A stretch of DNA of 57,453 bases from a virus. Lineage: Duplodnaviria > Caudoviricetes. This document shows positions 26,866-37,448 of the stretch, piece by piece. Location: positions 1 to 57,453 of IMG/VR virus record IMGVR_UViG_3300031576_000049. One strand, 5' to 3'. The position numbers were made by a program, and so were the translations under genes. The notes beneath the pieces were generated by a model that was not told where the DNA came from, did not search any database, and saw only the letters and a list, made by a program, of their open reading frames with translations. Position 1 is the first letter of the stretch, and every line of letters begins with the position of its first letter.

Positions 26866-28230
26866 ATGGCTGACGCACGAGACATCTACGATGCGCAAAT
26901 CGAGAAAGTCCGGGGCAAGTTGGATGTCCTGCTTTATGAGGCGTCTGACCAGATTGCCTCGCTGATAAAGAGAACCGAGGAAGTCGAGCAAATCTCCAAC
27001 TTCCTCTACCGCATCCCCGTCAAGAAAGGCCACGGCGGACAGTACCGCAAGTTTTCCGCCAACGAAGGAACCCTCGGCAAGGGCACTGGCATGGTCATTG
27101 ATGCCCTGACCGCCGGGTATTTCTACTCCGTCTACGCCATGCGGATTCCGCTGGAGGCTCGTGACACCTCCATGACGCGGGAGCAGTCCATCATCAACGT
27201 CTTTGCCGAGCAGCTGGCCGGAGCGATGCAGGAACTCCAGGTGTGGGACGACATCGTTCTGCACACTGACGGCAAAGGCATTCTGACGAACGCCAGTTCC
27301 GCCATCACGGCCGGACCGCCGGCCACCATGACCTTTGCCGGGGCCACCGACAATCTGGGCATCAACAAGTTGCGCGAATACATGACGGTTGATGTATGGA
27401 ACTCGGCCGGCACCACCAAACGGGTGCCGGCGACCGCCGCGCCCCTCATCATCACCGCCATCGATTATGGTGCCAAGCAAATCACCTTCGATCAGGGCGT
27501 CACCGCGCTGGCCGCAACTGACATTATCGCCCTACGTGACATGGACATCTACGGTCCGGCGTCCCTCACCTCGTTTTCCTCGACTTGGCCGTCGCGGGGC
27601 GCGGTCGGCGGGCTGGGCGGCGACTCTTTCCGGCACGGGATCTACTACTCGAACGACAATACGGCGGCGAACTACTATCTGGGATTGCAAAAGTCGGCGG
27701 TTCCCCAGCTTCTGCCGACCCGCGTCAACGGGAATTCCGCCGGCCTGACCTTTGAGCAAATCCTGTTGCTTAGGGACGGTATCCGGCAGCGCCGCACCGA
27801 AGACGCCCTGAACGGCGCCATCCTCATCACGCATATGTCGCAGCGGGCCGCTGCATTCAAGTTGGGAACCTCTATCGCCAATAAGCTGGTGTCTGGCGAG
27901 ACCTTTGGCCGCAACCTCGATCTGATTCCGGCCAACCAACGCTACGACGACACTTTCGAGGCCGCCGGCATGCTGGGCTATGTCAGCAAGCGTCAGGACA
28001 AGTCCAGGGTCGATCTGATTAATCCCGGCAAATGGGGCCGGGCGCAGGTTCGTGACACCTACTTCTTTGGCGACTGGGAGGGTGGTCGGCGCATCTTCGA
28101 GGGCCGCAACGCCTCGGGCGAGGTCACTGCCTACATGGAGGCTTTCCTGGTGCAGGGTTACGATTTCGTCAATTTCGACCCTGGCTGCCAGGGCTACATC
28201 GACGCCCTGCAATTGCCGACTGGCTATTAA
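26866..28230 (+). CDS. Major capsid protein
   Basis: 454 aa, GGGAGG RBS, position after the scaffold, DGKGIL...GINKLREYMTVD, C-terminal GCQGYIDALQLPTGY. Confidence 0.8.
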   Translation: MADARDIYDAQIEKVRGKLDVLLYEASDQIASLIKRTEEVEQISNFLYRIPVKKGHGGQYRKFSANEGTLGKGTGMVIDALTAGYFYSVYAMRIPLEARDTSMTREQSIINVFAEQLAGAMQELQVWDDIVLHTDGKGILTNASSAITAGPPATMTFAGATDNLGINKLREYMTVDVWNSAGTTKRVPATAAPLIITAIDYGAKQITFDQGVTALAATDIIALRDMDIYGPASLTSFSSTWPSRGAVGGLGGDSFRHGIYYSNDNTAANYYLGLQKSAVPQLLPTRVNGNSAGLTFEQILLLRDGIRQRRTEDALNGAILITHMSQRAAAFKLGTSIANKLVSGETFGRNLDLIPANQRYDDTFEAAGMLGYVSKRQDKSRVDLINPGKWGRAQVRDTYFFGDWEGGRRIFEGRNASGEVTAYMEAFLVQGYDFVNFDPGCQGYIDALQLPTGY

Positions 28231-28292
28231 AGCGGCGTGGAACGCCGCAGGAAGAGGGGGCTGTTCAGCAGCCCCCAAAGGACGGCAGTCCT

Positions 28293-29054
28293 ATGGCTTA
28301 CAACGATCCCTATCGCTCGACGACTCTTTATCCGCCGAAGACGGCACCGGGCATGGCCTTTGCCCAGCAAAACCTAGCGCCACGCGCGCCGTTCCCTTGG
28401 CAAGATTCGACTGACAGATCGACAGTGGGTTTCGATCCTAACTTCCAGTCTTATACGGAACCCGCCAGAGAAGAAGAATGGTATTCGCCAATTGATCCCA
28501 ATTTTCAGCCTTATACGGGGCCGCCTCGGGAAGAACGGCGGTATCCGCCAGGTGCTCACTTACCATCGAGCCGGCCGCCAGCGGGCTTGCGGTCGTCGAT
28601 GCCCACGTTGTATCCTGGGGGCGGGTTTCCTGAGCGCCGCTACACCTCAGACTACGCTCCGGGCTACGCTGGCCGTTACGGCACGAACTTGCGCTTTCCC
28701 CAATTTTACGGAGGGCCCTCCGTCCTCCGTAACTATCCCGACCGGAATCAATGGCCCGCCCGTCCGGTGGGTTATGCCCCAGGCTACGCTGGCGGCTATG
28801 GCACGAACTTTCGCCAACCTCGGTTTGCCCCGCCAGGCCACCGGCAAAGGGACCTGCCTTACGGATTAGGTTTGCGGCCACCGCCGTACGCACCAGACCG
28901 GCCTGCGGAATATGGTGGTGCCGCGCCAGGCTATCTCGACTTTCTCGACCGCCGGCGGCGGGACCTGCCTTACGGATTGCGGTCGCGACCACCGATACCG
29001 CGTTACCGCTCGCCTGAGATTGGCTATCCAGCCCAGCGGATGTACGATCTTTAA
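28293..29054 (+). CDS. Low-complexity Pro/Tyr/Gly/Arg repeat protein
   Basis: Paired repeats DPNFQ.YT.P.REE, YAPGYAG.YGTN and RDLPYGL. Confidence 0.6.
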   Translation: MAYNDPYRSTTLYPPKTAPGMAFAQQNLAPRAPFPWQDSTDRSTVGFDPNFQSYTEPAREEEWYSPIDPNFQPYTGPPREERRYPPGAHLPSSRPPAGLRSSMPTLYPGGGFPERRYTSDYAPGYAGRYGTNLRFPQFYGGPSVLRNYPDRNQWPARPVGYAPGYAGGYGTNFRQPRFAPPGHRQRDLPYGLGLRPPPYAPDRPAEYGGAAPGYLDFLDRRRRDLPYGLRSRPPIPRYRSPEIGYPAQRMYDL

Positions 29055-29078
29055 TGATGCGAGGCGGCGACTGACGCA

Positions 29079-29708
29079 ATGAGCGCAGAACGACGGACAG
29101 AATGGCTGAATCGGATCCTGCTGGCTGAGCTGGGCGAAGACCCACCCTACCAGTGGCGGAATTCTGATGCCTTGGTCTACTGGACGCCGGTCGTCGATGA
29201 CGATGGTCGGCCAGAACATGACTACCTCTGCGCCTGCGGCGTCAATAAAGTGCTGCATGGGCCGAGCTGTCGGTTCACGCGGGCTATCATCCGGCGGCGA
29301 TTCCAGAAGGTGCGGCCCGATTTGACCGATCGCTGGGTGGTAGCTGTCGGTCTGCCGGTTTTGGAGGCGACGGTCCTGGGCCATCGGACTGGCCGGATGT
29401 TTGTGCCGGTAACCTTCCGCCGGCCGTCCGGCGCGTTTGGCACCATCGCCATGATGTCTGGCGAAGGGCCGAGTGAAGAGGCTACTTGGACGGCGGTGCG
29501 GATGATTCGGGAACACCGGCAGCGTGGATTGGCCGAGATCGAGGCGGCGACCGAGGATCGGTTAGGGCCGCCGGACAGTTCCTCGCCAGGACGTCTGGAA
29601 CGACAGGCGCTTGCTGGCAAGCATGACCAGGTCAAGGAGTGGCTGGGCGCATCGTCTGAGCCCGGCAAGAAGCGGGAAAAGAGTTTTCCAGGGATTGAAA
29701 CTACGTGA
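29079..29708 (+). CDS. Hypothetical protein
   Basis: 209-aa ORF in the structural operon. Confidence 0.65.
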   Translation: MSAERRTEWLNRILLAELGEDPPYQWRNSDALVYWTPVVDDDGRPEHDYLCACGVNKVLHGPSCRFTRAIIRRRFQKVRPDLTDRWVVAVGLPVLEATVLGHRTGRMFVPVTFRRPSGAFGTIAMMSGEGPSEEATWTAVRMIREHRQRGLAEIEAATEDRLGPPDSSSPGRLERQALAGKHDQVKEWLGASSEPGKKREKSFPGIETT

Positions 29709-30508
29709 TGGAGGTGACGTATATGCCTGAAACGCAGGTAAGCCCGCCAAGCGAGACGGAACGGATGGCCGCAGCCGAAGTGGCGGCAGTGATGTCGGCG
29801 TCGCCGGGGCCGTGGATTCCTGGCCGCGTCACGATCCTATCGATCTGGCCGCGCCGGATGGTAAAACGCATGACACTGATGACGGCCGCCGAGGATGGCA
29901 CGCCGACCTCCGGCATGGTGGATTTCGCGATCGAGGCCGCCCCGCCCGACGGTTACAGCCTTCTGACGGTGTTTGATTCGTTTCAATCGACTTTGCAGGG
30001 GCGCCGGCCGGTTTTAGCCGAGCAGATTGCACGGGCCTGCGTCGGGGACTGGGCGGCGGATACGACGCTGGCAAAATCCGGCTTCCGGCCGGGTCTCTCG
30101 ATCATCGTAGGCGCCCGGCCAACCGTCGAAGAATTGGCCCGCGAGCGTGAAACGCAGACGGGCTACTGCCAGGCGGCGATCGCAGAGGCTGACGCCCTGC
30201 TGGCGGCTGGCGAGCTTCGGCCGTTACAGGCGCAGATCGCGTTGTTCCGGCTGTGCGCCGAATGGTTGGGCGTCAGAGACCGCGAGTGGTACCGCGAATT
30301 GCGGCGGGCGGACTACAAAAAGAACGGCTGCCCAGCCTGCGGCGCGGTCGAGATTCCCCACCGGGCGCAGGTCTGCCCGCAGTGCAGCAAGGATTTGGTC
30401 GAGTTTTATTCATCGCGCGGCCGGGTGCCGGATGAAGATGAGGACCCGGTCGTCAGGGCGGAGATGCTGCGGATGCGGAAGGCGGGCCGCCCAGTGGCTG
30501 CTGGATGA
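29705..30508 (+). CDS. Hypothetical protein with C-terminal Zn ribbon
   Basis: CPACG...CPQC. Confidence 0.7.
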   Translation: MMEVTYMPETQVSPPSETERMAAAEVAAVMSASPGPWIPGRVTILSIWPRRMVKRMTLMTAAEDGTPTSGMVDFAIEAAPPDGYSLLTVFDSFQSTLQGRRPVLAEQIARACVGDWAADTTLAKSGFRPGLSIIVGARPTVEELARERETQTGYCQAAIAEADALLAAGELRPLQAQIALFRLCAEWLGVRDREWYRELRRADYKKNGCPACGAVEIPHRAQVCPQCSKDLVEFYSSRGRVPDEDEDPVVRAEMLRMRKAGRPVAAG

Positions 30509-30512
30509 TGGA

Positions 30513-31469
30513 ATGATTCCGACGGTTGCAAACGTGATGGATGCGGCTCGGTCGCATTTGGGCGACACCGAGATCGCCGGCGGCCAGCTCTGGACGAATG
30601 CGGCGCTACAAACATTCCTCAACCAAGCCTATGGCGAGATGCTGCGGGCGTTCGCGCAGAGTTCCATCGCCCGCATCTACCGTCGGTCTTACTATAATCT
30701 GCCGGCGAACACGTCGTACTTGGCGCCCGCAACCGCGTCAATCACGAACTTTGGCGAACCAGCCGTGCATAGCGGCGTCGCCGAGCGCGCTGTTCGTAAT
30801 ACCTCAACGGTTACTGGCGCGGCGCTGGGCGCTGGGTTCGTCGATTTGACCACGGCGGCACCGCATGCCTTCGTCGCCGGGCAGATTGTGGTGGTGTTCG
30901 GCGTAGCCGGTCTGTCGGATGACGTGAACGACCTGTGGTCGGTTGAGGTGCCTGGCGCGACGATTGTTCGGCTGCTGGGATCGGTCGCGACCGGTGCCTG
31001 GACCTCCGGCGGCACTGTCAGCGACTCGGCCGAGGAGTTCGTCGATTTGGACGCGGTGGCGACAATCGATTCCTGGCCGAATGCGCCGGTGGCCGCCCTC
31101 GGCCGGTACGCTTGGCTGGGCGACGCCTTCCGGTTCTGGCCAGCGGCGACTGTGCGGCAGATTCGGCTGACGTACTCTCTGTCGGCGAATGCACCGTCCA
31201 CCGGGTCGCTGGCGGTGGACGATTCGCGGGACTTTCTGGCGGCGCGCGCCGCCGCGCTGGCTGCTGGCTCCGGCGGCGCCCGGGGCCGGGCCGGCGAGCT
31301 GAACATTCTGGCGATGGGCAATCCCGGCGGCCTGGTTGGCGAGGCTTCGGCCGGAGCTATCGGCGAACTAGTGCGTCTCGGCGTCAAGACGATGCAGCGG
31401 AACCGGTTTGTGACCCGGCGCTATCGGCCGAAACGCAATGTTGGACCGTTCTTCCCGTATCAGTATTAG
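30513..31469 (+). CDS. Putative head-tail adaptor
   Basis: MIPTVANVMDAARSHLGD...WTNAALQTFLNQAYGE adaptor-like helices, with a TTAAPHAFVAGQIVVV beta insert. Confidence 0.55.
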   Translation: MIPTVANVMDAARSHLGDTEIAGGQLWTNAALQTFLNQAYGEMLRAFAQSSIARIYRRSYYNLPANTSYLAPATASITNFGEPAVHSGVAERAVRNTSTVTGAALGAGFVDLTTAAPHAFVAGQIVVVFGVAGLSDDVNDLWSVEVPGATIVRLLGSVATGAWTSGGTVSDSAEEFVDLDAVATIDSWPNAPVAALGRYAWLGDAFRFWPAATVRQIRLTYSLSANAPSTGSLAVDDSRDFLAARAAALAAGSGGARGRAGELNILAMGNPGGLVGEASAGAIGELVRLGVKTMQRNRFVTRRYRPKRNVGPFFPYQY

Positions 31470-31525
31470 GAAGGCCATAAGCCTTCCCCAGGGCGACGCG
31501 GGCGTCGCCAGGAGGTTGAACTCAG

Positions 31526-31954
31526 ATGCCACTCGGTTATCACTACACGCTGGGACTTTTGAGCGCGCAGTATACGATGCAGGCGAACGCGTCGCTCGCC
31601 GATCAGGTTTTCTTCGGGCCGGTGCCTGACGGGATGCTGCTAGAGGTGCTGGCGATCCAACAGATTCATTCCATCCTGGGCACCGACGCCGGGGCTGTCA
31701 ACCTACAGGTGACCAAGGATACCGGCACGAATGCGCCGGGGGCCGGCACGAATCTGCTGACGAACAACTCCGACGCTGGCTTCGACCTGAAGGCCGCCGT
31801 CAACACGCGCCAGAAAGGTCTGCTGGCAGCCTCACAGGATTCTCTGACGCTGCGCGCCGGCGATCGGCTGGCGGTCGATTTCGCTGGCGTGCTTACCGCC
31901 GTCGCCGGCGTTCAGGTATTCGTCGTTATGGCTGTTCTGCCGACCGGCGCGTGA
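31526..31954 (+). CDS. Putative structural protein
   Basis: AGGAGG RBS; beta-rich sequence ending LRAGDRLAVDF. Confidence 0.6.
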   Translation: MPLGYHYTLGLLSAQYTMQANASLADQVFFGPVPDGMLLEVLAIQQIHSILGTDAGAVNLQVTKDTGTNAPGAGTNLLTNNSDAGFDLKAAVNTRQKGLLAASQDSLTLRAGDRLAVDFAGVLTAVAGVQVFVVMAVLPTGA

Positions 31955-32027
31955 TCCCCAATGAACAGGCCGTGCGAAGGCTGGCTTGCGGACGGTTCCG
32001 TGTTGGCCGCGCCCGAGGTGACCTGCC

Positions 32028-34016
32028 ATGAGCCTGATTCCAGACTGGCAGAGCGCTGAACTCAGTGAGTTTCCCGGCCCTAACCTGCTGGTCGATGAGG
32101 AAGACGCCCGCTCGGCGCTTCTCGCCCTGAACACCGAGTACCTGCCAGGCCAGATGCGGACCCGCGCCGGGTTCACTGGCGCCTTCGGATCCATCCTCGA
32201 AGGCGGCCCCGTCACCACCATGTATAACTGGTTGCAGTCGCTGTTCAACCGGCTGCTTACATTGGAGTCTCGATCGACGGTATTCACCATCGATCTGAAT
32301 TCACCCTTTGTGAAGGCGACGGTCGTGCCAGCCATCACCGCCGAAGGCATGGTATGTGCGCCCGCGGGCAGCCGAATCTATATGGCGTTTTTCAAGGCGA
32401 ACGGTTTGGGCGCGACTGAGACGCGCATTTGGGATGGCTTGTTCGACAACGCCGTACCCAGGGTCGAAAAAGCCTTTACCTGCCCGCCGACGGCGGCGGA
32501 ATTCACCGTCGTCGTGACCGAGCCGGTCGCTGGCGTCGTCTCTAAAGGCGTCCATAAGTTCGGCTTCGTGTTCACCACGAAGAATGGCCACCAACTCAGG
32601 CCCGCGCCGAATGCCGGTTCCGTCGGCCTTACAGGCTTTCAGCCTGTATCTTTCACCGCCGCCGGCGCCAAACAGTTGGTGTTGACCCTGACGCCGGTGT
32701 TCGCGACGGGCCAGTGGCCAGCCTACCTCGATAAGGTTGCGCCGATCATGACGACGGTGCAGAATCCGAACCGGTATTTCTTCGTGCCGGGCGCAGAAGT
32801 CACCGTTCCGGCCAACAGCCCGCTGACCGTGCCAATCACGATCAACATCGACGACGTGACCTTAGCTTCGACCGGGACGGATGCGACGCCGTGGTTTTCG
32901 ATTGCTTGCCAGACCGATCTGGGAGCGCAATTCTTCCCGCACTTCGTCTTCGAGTATTCCAACCGCATGGGATACATCGTGGATGTGTTCGATTCGGCGG
33001 TCGTCAACACGATCAGCGAAATCTTCTTCAGCGAGCCCTACAACTACCAGTTCATCACGTCGGACCAGCATAGGGTGCGGCTGCCCGGCGCCCGGCGCTG
33101 CGTGGCCGCTTTCGTTCTGGGCAACGTCGCGTATTTGGTCGGCCCAAACTGGACCTACGCCATGTCAGATAACACGCTGACCCCGGTCGAATGGGTGCCG
33201 CCACAGTTGATTGACGGCTCGATCGGCACGCTCTCGCCGAAGGGCGTCACCGTGAACGCGGCCAAGGGCATCGCCTGGATCTGCGATCAGGCCGGGCTGT
33301 ATTGGTTTGCCGGCGGGGCCTACCCGCGCCTGCCGATTTCCTACAACCAGACGCCGGACTGGCAGCGGATTAATTGGGCGGCCTCGGCCGCCGCCGTGCA
33401 AGTCGTCGATGAGTCCACCCGCAAACGGGTTCGAGTGATGGCGCCGCTGGACGGTGCGACCTCGCCGACCCATATCATGACGTGGGACTACACAGAGGGC
33501 CTGGAAAACGCGAAATATTCGCTCGATAGCATCGCCGCTTCGGTGTTTGCGCCTGGCCCCGGCGCGATTGAGGTTGTGTTGAACCAAACGTCAAAAGAGC
33601 TGGAGCTTTGGGTGTCGCGCGCGGCGACGGGCAAAATCCTGCGCCAGAAACACGAGCCGACCGACGCCGTCGCCACCCTGTATAACGACGACACCGCGGC
33701 GATCGACAACAAGTATAAGACGCCGGCGATCCCGGCGGTCTTTCATGCGCCCGTCCAACACCATGGCGGGCACTTCCGGGTACGCGGTTCCGGCTCCATC
33801 CCGCTTACGGCCTTCTCCTACGACCAGACGCGGTCTCGGGCGATGGCCCCGATCACTGCCTCCGCCGCGCCGGGCCGCGACTACCTCCGCTTTCTGGATA
33901 TGCAGTCAGAAGCCGTCAGGTACCTGGTGACGAACGGGAATGTCGCCGACGCCTATTTTATTCTGAGCCGCATCGTCGGATACTTCTCGCCCTGGATGAC
34001 GCAGAGGGTGGCCTGA
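32028..34016 (+). CDS. Putative tail nozzle/stabilisation protein (podovirus-like)
   Basis: 662 aa, beta-propeller-like, IGTLSPKGV...AWICDQAGLYWFAGG...PISY. Confidence 0.6.
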   Translation: MSLIPDWQSAELSEFPGPNLLVDEEDARSALLALNTEYLPGQMRTRAGFTGAFGSILEGGPVTTMYNWLQSLFNRLLTLESRSTVFTIDLNSPFVKATVVPAITAEGMVCAPAGSRIYMAFFKANGLGATETRIWDGLFDNAVPRVEKAFTCPPTAAEFTVVVTEPVAGVVSKGVHKFGFVFTTKNGHQLRPAPNAGSVGLTGFQPVSFTAAGAKQLVLTLTPVFATGQWPAYLDKVAPIMTTVQNPNRYFFVPGAEVTVPANSPLTVPITINIDDVTLASTGTDATPWFSIACQTDLGAQFFPHFVFEYSNRMGYIVDVFDSAVVNTISEIFFSEPYNYQFITSDQHRVRLPGARRCVAAFVLGNVAYLVGPNWTYAMSDNTLTPVEWVPPQLIDGSIGTLSPKGVTVNAAKGIAWICDQAGLYWFAGGAYPRLPISYNQTPDWQRINWAASAAAVQVVDESTRKRVRVMAPLDGATSPTHIMTWDYTEGLENAKYSLDSIAASVFAPGPGAIEVVLNQTSKELELWVSRAATGKILRQKHEPTDAVATLYNDDTAAIDNKYKTPAIPAVFHAPVQHHGGHFRVRGSGSIPLTAFSYDQTRSRAMAPITASAAPGRDYLRFLDMQSEAVRYLVTNGNVADAYFILSRIVGYFSPWMTQRVA

Positions 34017-34309
34017 TGCCGGCCGAGGGGTGGACCGCCGCTGTTGGCGCGCTCTTCGTCGCCCTGCTGGTGCTGGTGCTGAAGTGGCTGGTCGAGGTTC
34101 GTTCCGTGCTGGCCACGCATCGGGCGGAGCTTTCGGCCATTCAGGGATGGATCACGCGGCACGAGGCCACAGTCGAGCGGCAGGTGGCGATCTTCACGGA
34201 ATTTCAGAACCGCTCCGCCGCCATGGACGCCAAGCTCGACGGGTTGCTCGCGCGCGTTGATCGGCTCTCGGAGCGGGTGGCGCGGTCCTTGGCGGACGGC
34301 GACAGGTAA
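34016..34309 (+). CDS. Small membrane-anchored coiled-coil protein
   Basis: N-terminal transmembrane segment followed by heptad repeats. Confidence 0.6.
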   Translation: MPAEGWTAAVGALFVALLVLVLKWLVEVRSVLATHRAELSAIQGWITRHEATVERQVAIFTEFQNRSAAMDAKLDGLLARVDRLSERVARSLADGDR

Positions 34310-34324
34310 TAATGGCGACGGCGA

Positions 34325-34927
34325 ATGCCGATTTTCGATCCATGCAAGGTACCGAAACTAAATATCCGGCCGCAAATCCAGCGGTTAAAGGCCTCTGGCG
34401 ACAAGCAGCTCGTCGATTCCGGCATCTCCTTCGAGCAGATCAACGATGTAATCGACAAGATGCGGGAGTTGCTGTGTCGATTGGAGGCGGCACCAACCTT
34501 CTTCGACAAGGCTACCTTCGGCATCAAGGGTGCGGTGACCGTCGGCCTGAAGGCGCCGCACTACCACGTTGGGCCGTTCGCGTGGTCGCCCACCTACGCG
34601 ACCATCAACGCGGCTGTTCCGTCCACAGCGGGCGACGTGACGGTCGATGTGCAGTATATCTTGCCAGGCCTGGATCCGGCGGTCTCGACGAATTGGATTT
34701 CGATCTTCAGTACCATCCGGCTGGTGGCACCGGCCAATACGCAGTTATTGCAACGGCAGGATGTTTTTGCGTCCCTGCCGTCGCCGGCCTTCGACGTGGA
34801 AGGCATGATGCGGGTGGAGGTAATCACTGCCGGAACAGGCGCGGCGGACGTCGAGATCAACGTCTACGGGCTGATCGCCGGTCTGGATCTGGGCCCGCCG
34901 GCGCGGTTTACCGGGATCATTCCATGA
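34325..34927 (+). CDS. Putative tail protein
   Basis: Beta-rich ORF in the tail operon. Confidence 0.6.
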   Translation: MPIFDPCKVPKLNIRPQIQRLKASGDKQLVDSGISFEQINDVIDKMRELLCRLEAAPTFFDKATFGIKGAVTVGLKAPHYHVGPFAWSPTYATINAAVPSTAGDVTVDVQYILPGLDPAVSTNWISIFSTIRLVAPANTQLLQRQDVFASLPSPAFDVEGMMRVEVITAGTGAADVEINVYGLIAGLDLGPPARFTGIIP

Positions 34928-34959
34928 GCGCGGTGCGCATCGGCCGTCAAAAGTGATCC

Positions 34960-35835
34960 ATGGGATGGTTTCAGTTTCAGCCGAACCAAATGGACCGGAC
35001 GTACCCGGCGACGACCAAGCAGGAGATTGTCACGGCGTTTGAATCAGCGCTCTCTGGCGTGGGCGGTGCGGGCTGGACGGTCATATCCGGCGTAGGATCG
35101 GCGGACGTGAAAATGCAGTCCCAACTGGGCGCGCCTTCCGGATTGCAATGCCGTGTCCGGGCGCGGGACCCCGGCGTCTCGGCGACCACGCGCATCACGT
35201 TTATGAACACGGGGGAATCGAAGGTTTCGACCGAGTTATTTCTGCTGCCAGGTCTTGCCCAATCAATCCGCATCGTGGCCGGCGGACATCAGTTGTTCGC
35301 GTTCTTTCCAGGCGATCTGTCGGCCCGCAAGTTCGTCTGCGGCGGTGTGCCGTACCTCGATCCTTGGCAGGTGCCGCTCTATAACGAGGCGGTCTGGTGC
35401 CACGGCAACGCCGAATCCGACAGCGATGTAACCCGGCGGAACTCCTTTCGCACTGGGCCGGCCGTCGTCGATAACGCCCAAAACGTCTGGCAACTGTGGA
35501 TGGGCGTCGCCTACACCGGTAGTGGTGTCGCTTACGGCCAGCGACTGATCGCGCCGATGGGCCTGATGACGCAGAACCCAGACAACCACTATGGCCGGTA
35601 TTTTGCTGATGGCTCGGCGTTCAAATCGCCGGCGCAGATCGCCTGGGGCGCCGTTTCGGGTGACACAGACTCGCAGATTCGTGGCTGGCTGTGGGGCGCA
35701 GCTGTCATCGCCAAACTGATTTCTGCGGAGCACATGACCGACTTCGAGGGCCGCCGTTGGGTGAATGTGATGCAGTGGGACGCAGGCGTCGGCGCGAACA
35801 CGCGGATCTCGGGCCTGTATCTGGCGGTCAATTGA
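34960..35835 (+). CDS. Putative virion protein, tandem paralog A
   Basis: Colinear with 35880..36761 (QPNQ.DRT..ATT.QEIVTAFESAL...LYLA.N). Confidence 0.75.
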   Translation: MGWFQFQPNQMDRTYPATTKQEIVTAFESALSGVGGAGWTVISGVGSADVKMQSQLGAPSGLQCRVRARDPGVSATTRITFMNTGESKVSTELFLLPGLAQSIRIVAGGHQLFAFFPGDLSARKFVCGGVPYLDPWQVPLYNEAVWCHGNAESDSDVTRRNSFRTGPAVVDNAQNVWQLWMGVAYTGSGVAYGQRLIAPMGLMTQNPDNHYGRYFADGSAFKSPAQIAWGAVSGDTDSQIRGWLWGAAVIAKLISAEHMTDFEGRRWVNVMQWDAGVGANTRISGLYLAVN

Positions 35836-35879
35836 GTGCGCCCTGAAGAAGGGTGCGTAGATCAACCGGAGGTTGATCC

Positions 35880-36761
35880 ATGCCAGGCTTCCAATATCAA
35901 CCGAACCAAGTCGACCGAACATTTGCCGCCACCACGCGCCAGGAAATCGTGACCGCCTTCGAGTCGGCGTTGGCGTCAGGCGTACCCAACGCCGGGTGGA
36001 CGATCATCTCGGGCGGCGGCACCGCCGACGTGAAGATGGAGTCGCAGGCCGGCGCGCCGAGCGGTCTGAAAATGCGCCTGCGAGCGCGCGACACTGGTTC
36101 CGGCAATTCCGCGCAGATCAGCGTGATGGACGTGACGGAGACGTATGTGAGCCAAGCGTTCTTTCTGCTGCCGGGCGCGGCGCAGAATATCCGCATCGTG
36201 GCCGGCGGCTACCAGGTGTGCGCATTGTTCCCCGGCGACACCTCAGCCCGCAAGTTCTTCATGTGTGGTGTGCCCTATCTCGAACCCTTCCTGGTGACGT
36301 ATGGGATTACCCAATCCATCTGGGCGCACGCCAACTCGAATAGCGATACTGACGTGACAACGCGCAACTCCTTCCGAACGTTGCCGTCGTTGACCGACGG
36401 TGGAACGACGACCGCTTGGCAACTCTTCATGGGCAACGCTTGGGGCGGGAATGGTGCCGCTATCGGCCAGCGACTGATCGCGCCCGCCGGCCTATTTACA
36501 CAGAACCCGAACAACAGCTATGGCCGGTTCTTCGTCGATGGCAGCGCCATGAAGACGCCGCCTTACATCGCTTGGGCGCGGGTCACCGGCGAGGATGACT
36601 CCTACATCATGGGGCTGCTGTGGGGCGCAGCGCTGATCAGCGACACCGCACCCGCTGAGGATCCCTCCAGCTTTGACGGCCACACCTGGATCAATGTCAT
36701 GGTGTACCAGACCGCAAGCACGACGAACCGGCGCTCATCGCTGTACTTGGCAACGAACTGA
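35880..36761 (+). CDS. Putative virion protein, tandem paralog B
   Basis: GGAGG RBS; colinear with paralog A. Confidence 0.75.
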   Translation: MPGFQYQPNQVDRTFAATTRQEIVTAFESALASGVPNAGWTIISGGGTADVKMESQAGAPSGLKMRLRARDTGSGNSAQISVMDVTETYVSQAFFLLPGAAQNIRIVAGGYQVCALFPGDTSARKFFMCGVPYLEPFLVTYGITQSIWAHANSNSDTDVTTRNSFRTLPSLTDGGTTTAWQLFMGNAWGGNGAAIGQRLIAPAGLFTQNPNNSYGRFFVDGSAMKTPPYIAWARVTGEDDSYIMGLLWGAALISDTAPAEDPSSFDGHTWINVMVYQTASTTNRRSSLYLATN

Positions 36762-37057
36762 TGGCCATAACCACGAGGAAGGTTGTAATCAACGAGGCGA
36801 ACCGGGACTTTACGCCCGCGCCAAAGGTCAAGATTGAGCTCTACCGCCTGGACGGCGATCTGCGGGGGATTGACCCGGCCATCACGGCGACTTATGATAC
36901 AACCAAGACGGCCAGAGGCTGGGGCGACTATGGCCGCTGGCTCCAGAGGGAAGCGTTGAACTTTGACGCCATTGTCGGAACGCTGCGCGTGAAGTCCGAC
37001 GCCGTTGAGGATGAGTGCTTGGCGGCGGCGGCCGGGGAGTTCTTCTATGCCTATTGA
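36761..37057 (+). CDS. Hypothetical protein
   Basis: TGATG overlap with the previous gene. Confidence 0.6.
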   Translation: MAITTRKVVINEANRDFTPAPKVKIELYRLDGDLRGIDPAITATYDTTKTARGWGDYGRWLQREALNFDAIVGTLRVKSDAVEDECLAAAAGEFFYAY

Positions 37058-37069
37058 GGGGCGGCAGCC

Positions 37070-37420
37070 ATGTTCGGCCCCATAGTGGCGGCCCTGCTGC
37101 CGGCTGTTCCAGGCCTGATCAATCTGGTCGAGGGCCTGTTCCGGTCCAAGGACAACGCGAAAACGGGCGACACCAAGATGGATGCTGTGGTGCTGGCCCT
37201 GCGCGGCGTTCTTGAGAAAATGGTCGCCACCGGTCAGATCGTTGGCCAGCCCTCTGATGATGCTCTACGCGCTTTGACCGAGACTGTCCTTACGCAGATG
37301 CGGGCCTCTGGTCAGTTGGGGGCTTCGCTGCCTGCGTCGATTGGTGGGGTGGCGGCCCGCCCTGGCCCGCACTTGTATTTGGTGCGAGGCGACGTGACCG
37401 AGTTGGCGGCGGTAGAATAG
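37070..37420 (+). CDS. Hypothetical protein
   Basis: Hydrophobic N-terminus, GAGGGG RBS. Confidence 0.6.
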   Translation: MFGPIVAALLPAVPGLINLVEGLFRSKDNAKTGDTKMDAVVLALRGVLEKMVATGQIVGQPSDDALRALTETVLTQMRASGQLGASLPASIGGVAARPGPHLYLVRGDVTELAAVE

Positions 37421-37448
37421 AGGCGATGCATCGGAAGATGAGGCTGAA

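Noticed and set aside
34960-36761. Diversity-generating retroelement template and variable repeats
   Set aside because: No reverse transcriptase is present, and the differences are not adenine-specific.
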